This document shows, in pieces, positions 39,701-55,946 of a DNA stretch of 64,000 nt (position 1 is the first letter of the stretch; each line of letters starts with the position of its first letter). Source of the stretch: Eledone cirrhosa. Lineage: Eukaryota. The translations under genes were made by a program, and so were the position numbers. Under the pieces are notes generated by a model, which worked only from the letters and a program-made list of their open reading frames with translations, ran no database searches and was not told the DNA's origin. The DNA is taken from the NCBI GenBank assembly GCA_964016885.1, contig OZ024742.1, positions 189,906,001-189,970,000 of the forward strand, written 5' to 3'.

Positions 39701-40814
39701 CCAGCTTCCGGCCACCGCACACCACACCATACCCACACTTTTGAGTATCAGTAATGTAAATATATCAGGACAAATGTTCTTACTTACTACTGGAAGCCTG
39801 TACATGGTCCATTGATCTTCTAGAAACAGTAACCAAATCTTCTTCAAACCAATCTTTAATCAGAAAAGAAAAAGAAAACAGCTGACATAATGTGGTCTTT
39901 GAGAAATGACAGATTGGGTGAACAAAGCTGGGATACGTTTAAATACAAGTGGCTCAATCAAAGCTGGCCTGGGGTTAAACAATAAGAAAAGTAAAAACTT
40001 TAACTCTTAACATGCTGTAATGATTTAGCAGAAAACATTTAAAAACTGGTTTGTTAATTAAAATGTTTATAGTATCTGTACAAGTGGACATAAAATTGCT
40101 CTAGAAATTTGCAGTATTAAAGTATTAATGTATTAAAAAAGTATTAAAAATTTGCAGTATTAATGTTTTGTAGTCACATTATAGTTTCATATATTTTAAG
40201 AATGTCTTGCTAATGTGGTGTCATATGGTACAGGACATTAAGAGTTAAGTTAAATCATTTCCTCCACTGTAAAGGACTAATTTCACTCTTTCCATTTTCT
40301 CTTCCACCTACCAGCTATGGTGTTGGGATTTGTTTTATTTTATACAGTTTACATGAAATCAGGCTAACATGTTGCTAAAACTGCAGCAAGATGCTTCTCC
40401 CAAGATGCTAACTGAATTAATAAAAGGTCAAAATTAAGCTATTTACATTCCAAACCATCTCAAGCAGAGATTTTTGATACGAGTTATGCATCATAATTCT
40501 GCTGTATTCATCATCAATAATATCTTCATTATCACTGGGATTTTTTCTCTTTATATCCACATTGCGTTTCTTTACTACCATGTGTAATATAGACAGTTAT
40601 GATGTATCTAATTCCTGTAGAATCCTCCACTGTTTAGTTTTCTAACAGTAGAGCTAATCAATAATGCATATCAGAGTGCCTCACAGTGGTTTTTCAAGAA
40701 AAGTTGAAGCTTTATTGAGAAACAGTGTCTCTTTCGCATCAGAGAAATTGGTTTTCTTCTTATGTGGAGCAAAGAATTTGGTAAATAAATCAATAAACTT
40801 TCTTATATCACATA

Positions 40815-41010
40815 CGCACATAGATATTTAACTACACATGAACACACACATATATTTAACTATGTATACACACAGAGATATTTAACTATGTACAAACACA
40901 GAGATATTTAACTATGTACAAACACAGAGAGATGTTTAACAATGCACACACAGATATTTGACTATACATACACAGATATTTACACAAACATACACACAGA
41001 TATTTAAGCA
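40815..41010. repeat. ~26-bp degenerate minisatellite (CACAGAGATATTTAACTATGTACAAA)
   Basis: About 7 imperfect units. Confidence 0.8.
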
Positions 41011-41599
41011 CAAGAATTTAGAAAGATAGGTAATAAGTACTTTGCTTTAACTGGATTTATGAAAGCAATTAATTGAGATTCAGTAAGAAGTTTAGATATA
41101 TTTATATCCCAAACTTAATTCTCTTAATCTTTCCCTGGCTGAATTAATTTTACCAGTTATTCAATGGAATGGAATGGACTAGCATTGGTCTTGATGATGA
41201 GTGCTCCAGTTGTTGGATCAATGGATTGCACTGCTTGTGAAATTAATGTACAAGTCCCTGAGAATTCTACAGAATGTAATCCTCAGGGAGATTCAGCATT
41301 ACAACATTTGCGACAGGTCTGGATCTTTGAATTACAGATACACTATCTACTAGGATTCTAAACAGTTTCTACCAATGATGATTCCAACTGCCAATGCGAG
41401 TAATTACAAACTATCTACCACCTTCTAGTTTGCCCCAATCTTGAAGATTCATGTACACTTATCGCCCTTGAAACCTTAACACCCCAGGCAAGGCTCTGTG
41501 TGCAACACTGGATGGGTGTGGTGTAGCAACTTGATAAGAAGAAGTTTTTATCGACTCAATTTTACTTGCAAAGCTTCTGTTGAGTTGAGGCTATGGTAC

Positions 41600-41793
41600 A
41601 TAATTGTTTCTACTTTTGGCACAAGGCCAGCAAATTACCCAGTGTATTACTGGTACTTTATTTTATCGACCCCGTAAGGATGAAAGGCAAAGTTAACCTC
41701 GGCGGGATTTGAACTCATAATGGAAAAGGCCATAACTCTTTGCGTCAAAGCATGGCATCCGACCCTCTACCGATACTGCCAATCCACCGCCTT
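41600..41793 (-). mobile_element. Meta-like SINE nested in an older SINE, with target-site duplication
   Basis: Flanking GGTACATAAT (41595) / GGTGCATAAT (41795); host SINE halves on both sides. Confidence 0.75.
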
Positions 41794-43963
41794 AGGTGCA
41801 TAATACTTGCTTAATATGCCACACAGTGGGATCAAACATAGTATCCATTGTAGGGCAAATATTTTAACCATTCAGCCATGCCACCTCCACGTTATTCAAT
41901 ATCTACTAACAAACAATACCACCAAGAGCCAATATTGGGGTAACTGAAATAAAATCTGATCACAGGTTGAATATCATGAAAAGAAATGTCAACAGCCAGT
42001 CAGTAGAAGAGGCACCACTAGGTGGGGTGGCTGTTGCAGCAGGTGTTGCTGGCCATTGTCCGTGGAAATGCCTTTGCAGGTTTGTCTGCATGGCACAACC
42101 AAAATACAGCCCCACCCTAGGCGTTGAGCCTGTCACCCTCTCCCCTTCCCCCTTTCTTTCTTCTGTGGTCTAATAGTCCTTGCTCTTTCCTTCCCTTTTT
42201 TCTCATTTATGGCATTTATAGTCCTTTTCTCTACTTTCCTATACAGCCAAATCTGCCCTTCTTTACCACTTTCCTTCTTTTTATTCATTACTTAATTTTT
42301 TTTTAATCTTTTTTTTTTTTTATATTTCCATCATTGTATAACTTCTGTCTGTAAAATATAGTTGACATAATATGTTTATGTATAACATATAACAAAATAT
42401 AATTAATTTCCCTTCCCATTTTATGGTTTGATGAGTGAGCAGTGTATTACCAAAAGAAAGAAAGACAGACAATGAATTGCAGAGTATGATGGATGTTATT
42501 TAAAAAATGGAATGAGATGTCTGGGTTATGTGCTGAGGAAAATTGAAAATAACAGTGCATGGAATAGAGCTAGTAATGAATGTTATGAAGAGAAATGGAA
42601 TGACATGGCTAGATCATGTATTGAGAAAGTATGAAAGTGGGGGTGGAATAAGAGTGTGTGGGGGGGGGGGCTGAAAAACTAATAAGAAGCAGATGGGGGA
42701 CAATCATTTGAGAGATGAAGGCCTTGCCCCATCTAAGGCATAAGTGGATCTGATTAACTACTGATTTGTCCAACCCTTGCTAGCAGGGAAAATGGATGTT
42801 AAATTATGATGATGATAATGATATTCATTGGCAAATTGACAGAAATGTTAATGTATTGATCTAAATACCTTGTGATATTTATACTAGTTCCTTTTATTCT
42901 GAGTTCAAATCTTTGTCCACCTGGGGTTCATAAATAAATACAAGTCTATGGTGTTGGTCTGGCAGATTCTTTAACCCTTTGTCATTTACATTACTCTATA
43001 TTTACTATTATATTTTCATGGTAAAGGCTTTATCTAACATAATTATCTCACATGATATCGAATCTATGAGAATTTTATATTATTTATTTTGAGAATAATT
43101 CCTGAACATCAGCATGAGTGGCAGAAAAGGGTGAGAGATTTCTGGCTGGATACGACTGGTTTAAAAGCTAAAGGGTTAAACCATCACATGGGATGTCTTG
43201 TAGTATATGTTCTGGCTCTTTGACTTCTGAATTCAAATGATACCAAGATCAACTTTGTCTTTCATCCTCCTGAAGTCAATAAATAAAGTACCACCCAAGG
43301 TCTCATGCTTATGAAAAATGTCAGAATTGGTTAGATGGAATGTGTTTAGATGTCCATCAGATGACATGTATATGTAATTCCAGTCCATACTGTAAAGTCA
43401 CAAAAAGTCCGCTAAACTAGTTAAACTTTTAAAAAATAAGTACGGGGGTTGATATGATCGATTAAATCCCTTAAATGCGATACTCCGGTATGGCCAGTCT
43501 GAAAACATAGTTTAGAAACCTACCAGAAATAAACAAGGGCGGTAACTCAATGTATTTCTTTTTTTGTAATGAAAAATACCACATACCACCTTTTTTTTTA
43601 AATAATTAGTAAACATCGTGTTTGACAAAATTTACTTCACATTTTTTTCTTCATTCTCGTCACTGTTCTTATTTTAATTATTCTTTTGTAGTAAATAATA
43701 GAGTTTTCAAAAAACATTACTTTTATGTTATATACATCGTTTTCTAATTTAGGAGTAAGACCGGCAATATTTCATTGGTGCTAGGCACAAGTACTTGGCC
43801 GGGTGTTTTTTTTACTGACTCCAAAATTATGAATGGGCTAATATAACTCCTGGTTCTGGGTTCAATCTCCCTGCCTTGCACCTTAGGCAAATGTCTTCTC
43901 CTATAGTTACAGGTTGACCAATGGCTTCTAAGTGGGTTTTGGTAGGCGGAAACTGTAGAACCT

Positions 43964-44041
<78 letters not shown>

Positions 44042-44042
44042 A

Positions 44043-44095
<53 letters not shown>

Positions 44096-44138
44096 TATAT
44101 ATATATGTATATATATATGTATATATATATATATATAA

Positions 44139-44500
<362 letters not shown>

Positions 44501-46180
44501 AAAAACAATGATCAGGTAAGAAAAATGGTCGCACATGCAATAGGGGCTAGTATAAAAACTACCCTAAAGGGCCACATATTCAAATTCAACGAGAAGATCT
44601 ACACCCAAAATGAGGGAGCAGCCATTGGCGTCAGCATAGCTGGTGACGTTGCCAACCTTTTTATGGTATGGTGGGAAAGGAGACTCAAAGATCTCCTTGA
44701 TGAGAGCTCCATAGACCTCATCATGTACTCTCGTTACGTAGACGACATCAATATAGTAATAAGGATATCCCCACAAGAGAGCACTAACAAGTTTAATTTA
44801 GAACGTAGCACAATGGAAAGCATCCAGCAGATAGCTAATTCCATACACCAGAGTATAACTGTAACTATCGACTACCGTTCCAAACACCCTAACAATAGAC
44901 TACCTGTATTAGCCACGGAACTCTGGATTAACACTATAGACGAGAGAGCCCAAATTCTCCACTCACACTATGCTAAACCCATGGCCTCCAAATACCTCAT
45001 ACTCAAAAACTCAGCAATGTCCAGTAGTGCTAAGTTTAATATTCTGATCGCAGACTTGGTACGAGTGATGAAGTACGTGTCCCGCATGTGCGACACAACA
45101 GAAATGGAAAGACACATCCAACACTTCATCAACCGCATGCAGTTCTCTGGCTACAACCAAAGAGACAGAATCAGAGTATACGAAGGAGCCACGGAGAAGT
45201 ATAAGACCCTCTTAGAACTGGACATGAAAGGAATTTGCCCATTATACAGGAGAAAATCATGGAATAGCTTAGATAGGACTAGACATAAGATAGGGAAAGC
45301 TACCTCATGGTACAACAACCAGAGATACCAGAGTATCATATTTGTGGACGCTACCCCTGGAGGGAAATTAGCTAACCAGTGTAGAAAGGCCCTGAGAAAG
45401 ACCCACTTAAAGATTCAGGTGGTAGAAAAGCCAGGAACCACCATAAAATCCCTGATCAGCAAAACCTACCCTTTTAAGAAAACCCACTGTACTAATAGGA
45501 AATGTATCATATGTAAAGTAAACCCCCGGATAAACTGTAAAACTAGAAACGTAGTCTATAGCATAAGATGTACAGAGAAACATGACAACAACATACATAG
45601 GCGAGACAGCTCGCAGCATAGGTGAAAGGATAGACCAACACTGGGAGGAACTAAAAGGACGAAAAATCGGTTCAGTACTATACGAACATGCCAGACAACA
45701 ACACGACGGTAACATAGACAACATAGAAATTAGAATAATATCTAAACATAGAAATGACCCAGCAGATAGGCAAATCAGAGAGGCCAGCGAAATAGAACTT
45801 AGAAGGCCAAGGCTAAACAGAAAAAATGAATGGAATAACAACAACACCCTAACAAACAACACTGACCTAAGAGAAGTATAAATAAATAAATAAATAAATA
45901 CATACACAAGCACAATAACAACAAACACATATAAACACACACTAGTAAACTAAGATAGAATACAATAACCAATACACAGTCACCCAAACACGAACACATC
46001 AAACAAAACACTATACATACACGCAAATGCATGCGCAGAGAAGACAAAATAATAAACAAATAAATAAATAAACAAACAAAATAAAGATGGCGTAGGCATA
46101 CAATACAACGGGAGGAAACATAATAGCACCACTGACGATGTTGCAGATGTGCAACGAAAGAACTTTGTTAGACTATATAT
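44501..46180 (+). mobile_element. Penelope-like element, lineage B (second subfamily), 5'-truncated
   Basis: ORF 44525-45625 (GAAIGVSIAG, YSRYVDD, RMQFSGY, CTNRKCIIC, VVYSIRC); frameshifted EN 45582-45881 (YIGET, EH..H, REASEI). Confidence 0.92.
46127..46170 (+). ncRNA. Minimal hammerhead motif at PLE 3' end
   Basis: CTGACGA-t-gttgca(gatg)tgcaac-GAAA-gaac-TT; stem I is weak. Confidence 0.55.
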
Positions 46181-46247
46181 ATGTGTTTGTGTCTATATTG
46201 TATCTGTATACATATATACATGTACGTGTACATACTTTTATATATAC

Positions 46248-46278
<31 letters not shown>

Positions 46279-46373
46279 CATATATATATACATATATATA
46301 TATACATATATATATACATATATATATATACATATATATATATACACATATATATATACATATATATATATAC

Positions 46374-46407
<34 letters not shown>

Positions 46408-46408
<1 letters not shown>

Positions 46409-47238
46409 CAAAATATTAAACAAATAATGAATAAAACAATGAAACAGTTCCTTATATTAAACAAAAAAAGTTCATTATTTAACGATCGTTTCTAGGATAT
46501 ATATGTGTTAGAATTGGCATGCATATTCAACAGATCTATGTACAAAATTATACAAAATTATACAAACTATCAAGATTAAATATACATACCAAACACACAT
46601 ATATGCCGTCTTCAGAAATAATGAAATATATTTATTGATAATAACAACAATTCAAAATTTCCGGTCCGTTTGGGAACGGAGTTCAAATTGACCAATGAAA
46701 ATACAAAAAATGTTATGCAGTTTGGTGTGTGTATATACATGTAATTAACTTCGTACACATATTTATACAAAGATTTATGCTCAACATGCATACGCATGCC
46801 AAAAAGATGTATGCAAATACAAAAATTCAAGGCTAATGTCTTTGTAAGTTTATAATCCACAGATAAAATGCGTATAGACACATAAATATGAAATAAGTGT
46901 ATACACATATTCACATACTCACACATATCCGTACACTCACACACACACACGCGTATATGCATAAACATACACATAATTACGAACATACATACACACACAC
47001 ACACACCCACACACATATATATGTGGATATAATATTATCATAAGCACATGGATATTAATGCACACACATCTAAACACTGCCACACACATTTAGATCAAGA
47101 TACAGAAATTAGGTGGGAGGGGGGGAGAGGTCAGTATTCAACGGTTTAAGCAGACTGCTTGTTTATAGATGTATCTATAAACTTAGAAATAAAAAGAAAA
47201 GAAAAGAAAAAGAAAAAAGAAAAAAGAAATATATCAAG

Positions 47239-47304
<66 letters not shown>

Positions 47305-47372
47305 CATCTACACATACAACACACACACACACACATATATAAACATATACATATATATATATACACACATAT

Positions 47373-47415
<43 letters not shown>

Positions 47416-48911
47416 TACACATATATACACACACGCATATATACACACACATATATACACATACACGCACATATACATATACATACATACTTATATACAT
47501 ATAGACATACACATACATACATATATATATACACATATACATACAGGCATACATACATACACACATACACACATACATACACACACATACATACTCATAC
47601 ATAGACATAGATATATATTCACACACACATACGCACTTACATATACGCATATATACAAATACTTACGCATCCATATATCCGTATATACATACAAACACCA
47701 CTACACTCTCACACAACTCAGACATACAAAGAAAAAGGTATATACATATACACATATACACATACTAATAGAGATACATATACATATATATACATATATA
47801 CACATATATATATATATATACATATATATATACATATATATATATATATACATATACACACATGTACACACACATACACATACATACATACACACATACA
47901 CACATACATATATAGTCACACACACACACACACCTACACATTCATACACATACACATATATAAAGATATATATACACACACACATACACACACACACATA
48001 TATAATAAACATATATATATATATATATATACATACATATATATACACATATACATACACATATACATACATACATACACATACATACATACATATACAC
48101 ACATATACATATACACACATACACACATACATACATACACACACACATACATACACACACATACATACTCATACATAGACATAGATATATATTCACACAC
48201 ACATACGCACTTACATATACGCATATATACAAATACATACGCATCCATATATGCGTATATACATACAAACACCACTACACTCTCACACAACTCAGACATA
48301 CAAAGAAAAAGGTATATACATATACATATATACACACATAAATAGAGATACATATACACATATATATATATATATACATACATAAATATATATATATACT
48401 CACACACACATACAACCATAAACACACATACAAACACATACATACACACATATATACATATATATACACACACACAAAAACACACATACACATATATATT
48501 TACATATATATATATATACACACATATACACACCTTCACATATATATATATACACATAAGTTATATTATAATAATAAATAATATATATATATACACATAC
48601 AAATATATATATAGATAGACATACATATATACATATACACACACACACACACACTCACATATATATGTGCGCACACGTACATATATACACATACACACAT
48701 ATACACATAAACATATACATGTGCATACATGTACATACACACATATACCCACATAGATACGAAGATACACATATATATAGAGAGACATACATATACATAC
48801 ACATATATACACACACATACATACACACATATATAAACACACACATATACGCCCACACACACATACACATATACATATATACACATATATATATACACAT
48901 ATATATACACA

Positions 48912-48979
<68 letters not shown>

Positions 48980-51690
48980 AATATACATTCTTATTTGCAT
49001 GCGCATATATGTATTTTTATACTCAGATATAAACACCCAAACATATATACACCTACCTACATATATATTCATACATACACGCTTACAAATACAGATGATA
49101 ATAGTATGGGGGAAAGGGGGGGTGGAGAAGGGGATTATAGTAAATATATGTTTCAAGAAACATAGAATATTAATCTGTATTTGGATCTCAATATATGTTT
49201 TTACATAGTTTCAGTGTTAGGAAATGCAAGAAATAAGGCAAAATTATTCATTTCAAAATAAGTATACCATTAATTATAGGTTAACTAAACTAAAGATAGT
49301 TAACATATTGATTTCTAAGGTGTAAATTAGTTAGGTTTATAATATTTGAAGCAGAATTTTGAAGTTAAATAGTAGTAGAGTATTAATTATAGTATAACTA
49401 AATTAAAATTATTAACGTTATGGTATCAATATTAGGAATTGAATTTAGTAATAGGGAAAAAACAAATAAAGTATTACATCGGTAGTAGAATATAAATTAT
49501 AGGTTAACTAAATTAAAAATTATTTATTAATTTCTGTAGTATATGTTAATTAGGTATATAATAAATAAAACAGATATTGTATTTTATCAATAGCAGAATA
49601 TAATTATATGCAAATAGAAATCAAAATTAATATATATACATATACATATACATACACATATATATATATATACACATATATATACATACATACACATACA
49701 TATACATACATACATATACATATTTTTTCAAAAATCGCAAAGAATATATTAACTAGGTATACATCCAAAACACATCCCATTCTATGATTACATGACACTC
49801 TGCAATCCGTCTGTATTAGGATACTAATTTTAAGCCAATTAAATTAAATTTTTAGGTTGACTAAATTTAAAACCAAATTATAAATATATTTCTAAAATGT
49901 ATATTAATTAGGTCTATAATACTAAAAATTATTTCTCTGTCATTGAATACACGATATTTTGTTATATTTTATCTGTAAAGGAATTTTAATAAAGGGTTAA
50001 ATAAATTAAAATTAATCTATAAATTAAATTACTAAGTATATATTAGTAATATTTAAAGGTTTTTCACAATTTATGATTACACAATATTTTATATTCTCAT
50101 CTGTAGTAGAATTTTAATTAAATTAAATTTATAGGTTAACTAACATTTAAATTAAATTATATATTAATTTCTAAAATAATGTTATTAATTAGGTTTATAA
50201 TATTTAAATGTTTTTTTTAGTTTATGATTACACGATATAATTAATTCCTGTCGTTTATTTAATAGGATATCCTTAGATTTCATTATTTCAAATAGTTCTT
50301 GGGAACATAATCTACATTCATTTCTATTATTTTGATAAGGGGTGGCTCTTTTGAGCACACTCCAGGTCAAATCATATTCTATATTCTTATTTTTATAACT
50401 ATTGATTTTTTCTGCTAGAGATGTTGTATTAGCCAGTGCGGCATTTTTAAAACTATGCTTGTGGGTATTAAACCTTGTCTTAAAATTGTTAGAAGTAGCT
50501 CCTATATATGAGCAAATAGAATCTTTAGTTTTAACATTACATTTATAGACTATGTTGTTAACAAGACAATTCCCTTTTAATGGGCAGTTTGCTTTGTTTC
50601 TACAGTTACAACCTTTCGTTAATTCTGTATTTGAGGAGATATTATGGTTAGTTTGGTGTATTGGTGGTATACTTATGGTTTTCTTACATTTATATGCATT
50701 ATAGGCACTTATATTTTGTTTTATGTTATTTGTTGTTGAGTATGAGAATTTAACTGTAGACCTATTTAAGATTTGATGGTATTTGTGGTTTGGCGGGAAG
50801 TTTTTCTCTAGGATATAAAAAAATTTTTTAGCAATATTATCCTTAATTTGTAAATTAAATGGAGCATTATACCAAGTAACCCGTCTATTACGGTTTCTAT
50901 GTTGTTTATTATTTTTATTATTTTTATAGGTTGTATCGTGATGTTTACTAGGAGGATGTGTGTGTGTGTATGTATGTTCGTAATTATGTGTATGTTTATG
51001 CATATACGCGCGTGTGTGTGTGAGTGTACGGATATGTGTGAGTATGTGAATATGTGTATACACTTATTTCATATTTATGTGTCTATACGCATTTTATCTG
51101 TGGATTATAAACTTACAAAGACATTAGCCTTGAATTTTTGTATTTGCATACATCTTTTTGGCATGCGTATGCATGTTGAGCATATATCTTTGTATAAATA
51201 TGTGTACGAAGTTAATTACATGTATATACACACACCAAACTGCATAAAATTGTTTGTATTTTCATTGGTCAATTTGAACTCCGTTCCCAAACGGACCGGA
51301 AATTTTGAATTGTTGTTATTATCAATAAATATATTTCATTATTTCTGAAGACGGCATATATGTGTGTTTGGTATGTATATTTAATCTTGATAGTTTGTAT
51401 AATTTTGTATAATTTTGTACATAGATCTGTTGAATATGCATGCCAATTCTAACACATATATATCCTAGAAACGATCGTTAAATAATGAACTTTTTTTGTT
51501 TAATATAAGGAACTGTTTCATTGTTTTATTCATTATTTGTTTAATATTTTATCTTGACTCTGAATTCCGTTTATCTTTCACCGAAAGTGATTTTTCATTG
51601 CATCTCTTCTTTCCATGATATCCGGAATACATTGAGTTCTTCATACGGATTGGACACTACCGTAAACTCTTGGTAGATTTATCTACATAA
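46408..51690 (-). mobile_element. PLE lineage A copy: GIY-YIG end plus long 3' region, bounded by a ~600-bp inverted repeat
   Basis: ORF 50185-50950(-): VTWYNAPF, CNCRNKANCPLKGNC, IVYKC, SYIGAT, CRLCSQE, SCNH; 46408-47013 is the reverse complement of 50955-51550. Confidence 0.85.
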
Positions 51691-51704
51691 TTATATATAT
51701 ATAC

Positions 51705-51757
<53 letters not shown>

Positions 51758-51857
51758 TATATACACATATATATATATATGTATATATATATGTATATAT
51801 ATATATATACATATATATATACACATATATATATATATGTATGTATATATATATATA

Positions 51858-52647
51858 TTAAGACAGGAGGGAAGAAAAAATGGCTTCACTTGTGCTTTCA
51901 ACAAATTTATTTTCTTCACAAAATCCCAAAAGAATTTTTCTTAAAAAAATTATTTCATAAATTAAGTTGTTGGTTGTTGGTGAGGTATTGTTTCGTTTTT
52001 AGAAAGACCTTTCACGCTGAGGTGCGCTTGTCAAACTGATGTGTATGTGGTGTGTTGTTCTATATATAGGGATTTAACATGTCTGTGGTGTGGTAGGGGT
52101 TTCTTTTCTCCCCCTTTAATAAGTGCATGGGTGTAGGTGTGTTGAAAAAGTGTTCATAGCAGTAATGAGTTGAGACGGTGAGTAGGGTTGGGTGGGGAGA
52201 AACTTAGAAAGTGCGGCCTGCCCCGGTCATTCTCGAAAAATTCCTTTATTCAGGGGAAAAAGCTTTTAGCATCGCTTTTGTGTTGAGAATGGTCACAGGC
52301 AAATCGCACCTGTCAAGCTTGTGAATAATTATTTTTTCTTTTTTTCCTGAAGAATTTGGGGAGAAAAGAAACCCCTACCACACCACAGACATGTTAAATC
52401 CCTATATATAGAACAACACACCACATACACATCAGTTTGACAAGCGCACTTCAGCGTGAAAGGTCTTTCTAAAAACGAAACAATACCTCACCAACAACCA
52501 ACAACTTAATTTATAAAATAATTTTTTTTAAGAAAAATTCTTTTGGGATTTTGTGAAGAAAATAAATTTGTTGAAAGCACAAGTGAAGCCATTTTTTCTT
52601 CCCCCCTGTCTTAATATACCTAACTGTACCAAGGATTACACATATTT

Positions 52648-52652
<5 letters not shown>
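51858..52652. mobile_element. ORF-less inverted-repeat element in (TA)n (PLE pseudo-LTR-like)
   Basis: Arms 51858-52113 and 52358-52614; 38-bp extension on the right. Confidence 0.8.
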
Positions 52653-52682
<30 letters not shown>

Positions 52683-52708
52683 CATATATATATATATATA
52701 TGCATATA

Positions 52709-52880
<172 letters not shown>

Positions 52881-53054
52881 TAGTAATAATAATAAATTTG
52901 AAGACTAAAATCCAAAGAGGGTTCGATAAGGATAAATATATATCAAATATATAAGAACCGTAGAGAAAATATTTATTATCTGTTATTTTAATAAATATAT
53001 ACATATATATATACATATACATATATATATACATATATATACATGTATATATAT

Positions 53055-54136
<1,082 letters not shown>

Positions 54137-54163
54137 TTATATATATGTATATATATATTTATA

Positions 54164-54354
<191 letters not shown>

Positions 54355-54376
54355 TTACATATATATATATATATAT

Positions 54377-55153
54377 AATATTAAGGATACTATTTATAGT
54401 TATGTATATTTTAAAATATAAACAGGGAAGGTCAGAAATGTATTACTACCTTATTACCAGTAAGATAAATACCTCAATGTAATAACATCAGTTGTTCTCC
54501 AGAGCAGTTATATAGAATTCACAAGAATCAAAGCTATGTTCAAAGCATTTATTCACTTACAATTGTTTCATCCAAACCTAGGCTTGGAATCTTCGGAGCA
54601 TTTTTCGATGTTTGTACATATAATTGACTTCCTAATCAACGCAGGAGACATGCAGATACATATATATATATTCATGTACAGTGGAGTGACATGTATTATA
54701 CTATACTATATTTGTACAGCAATTCAAATTTAAAATCAAAATCAAAATTAAAATACATGTGGCAGATAACACAGATAATGTAAGGGGATAGTTTGATAAT
54801 CAGATCTAGTAGATAGTGTATGCGTTAGTCTAACGCATACACTATCTACTAGATCTGATTATCAAACTATCCCCTTACATTATCTGTGTTATCTGCCACA
54901 TGTATTTTAATTTTAATTTTAATTTTGATTTTAAATTTGAATTGCTGTACAAATATAGTATAGTATAATAAATGTCACTCCATTGTACATCAATATATAT
55001 AAATGTATCTGCATGTCTCCTGCGTTGGATAGGAAGTCAATTATATGTACAAACATTGAAAAATGCTCCGAAGAAAACAAGCCTAGGTTTGGATGAAACA
55101 ATTGTAAGTGAATAAATGCTTTGAACATAGCTTTGATTCGTGTGAATTCTATA
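54377..55153. mobile_element. ORF-less palindromic element in (TA)n with HHR variants
   Basis: Arms 54508-54827 and 54829-55153 with almost no spacer; HHR motifs at 54554-54600(-) and 55063-55110(+). Confidence 0.8.
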
Positions 55154-55414
55154 TACATATATATATATATACATATATATATATAAACATATATACATAT
55201 GAATTTTAGTACAGCATTGCCGAAGCTTTAGTTTGCGGCCAAGTTAACGAATGCAAATTCGGTATATAGCTTTAGCACTCGAATGGGAATAGTACCCCCA
55301 GAGTAATAGCAATACGTTTAGACAGCTTAGCAAATGGAATATAGCGATCGGCAGTCCAGCCGCATTACCACAGCAACGAAAATACAGGACTCAGGAAAAG
55401 ATTTTAGACATATA

Positions 55415-55478
<64 letters not shown>

Positions 55479-55481
<3 letters not shown>

Positions 55482-55946
55482 ATAAAAAGATGGTTAAAAG
55501 AGTTCCCTGTATTTTATTATGCGCATTTCAAAAACAAATATCATCATGCAATAACATTTACGTTTTCGTCAGATAAAATAGGGAGACATGTCTCCCTATT
55601 TTATCTGACGAAAACGTAAATGTTATTGCATGATGATATTTGTTTTTGAAATGCGCATAATAAAATACATGGAACTCTTTTAACCATCTTTTGATCTTAT
55701 ATATTATTTATACTCCAGTCCTACAAACAACATCTCAACTTACATGTCTCCCTATTTTATCTGACGAAAACGTAAATGTTATTGCATGATGATATTTGTT
55801 TTTGAAATGCGCATAATAAAATACATGGAACTCTTTTAGCCATCTTTTGATCTTATATATTATTTATACTCCAGTCCTACAAACTGTAGAGTGCTTCTTA
55901 TCCGATATCTGCATTGCTTTATTGTACTACAATAAAACTCACCTCC

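Noticed and set aside
41164-41480. 65-aa ORF as a host exon
   Set aside because: The frame continues through stops into CQCE*LQTIYHLLVCP, resembling a decayed LINE C-terminal CCHC motif; too weak to call either way
51340-51680. Hammerhead in the 46-51 kb PLE terminal repeat (CTGAAGA at 51346)
   Set aside because: No properly placed GAAA or pairing stems found
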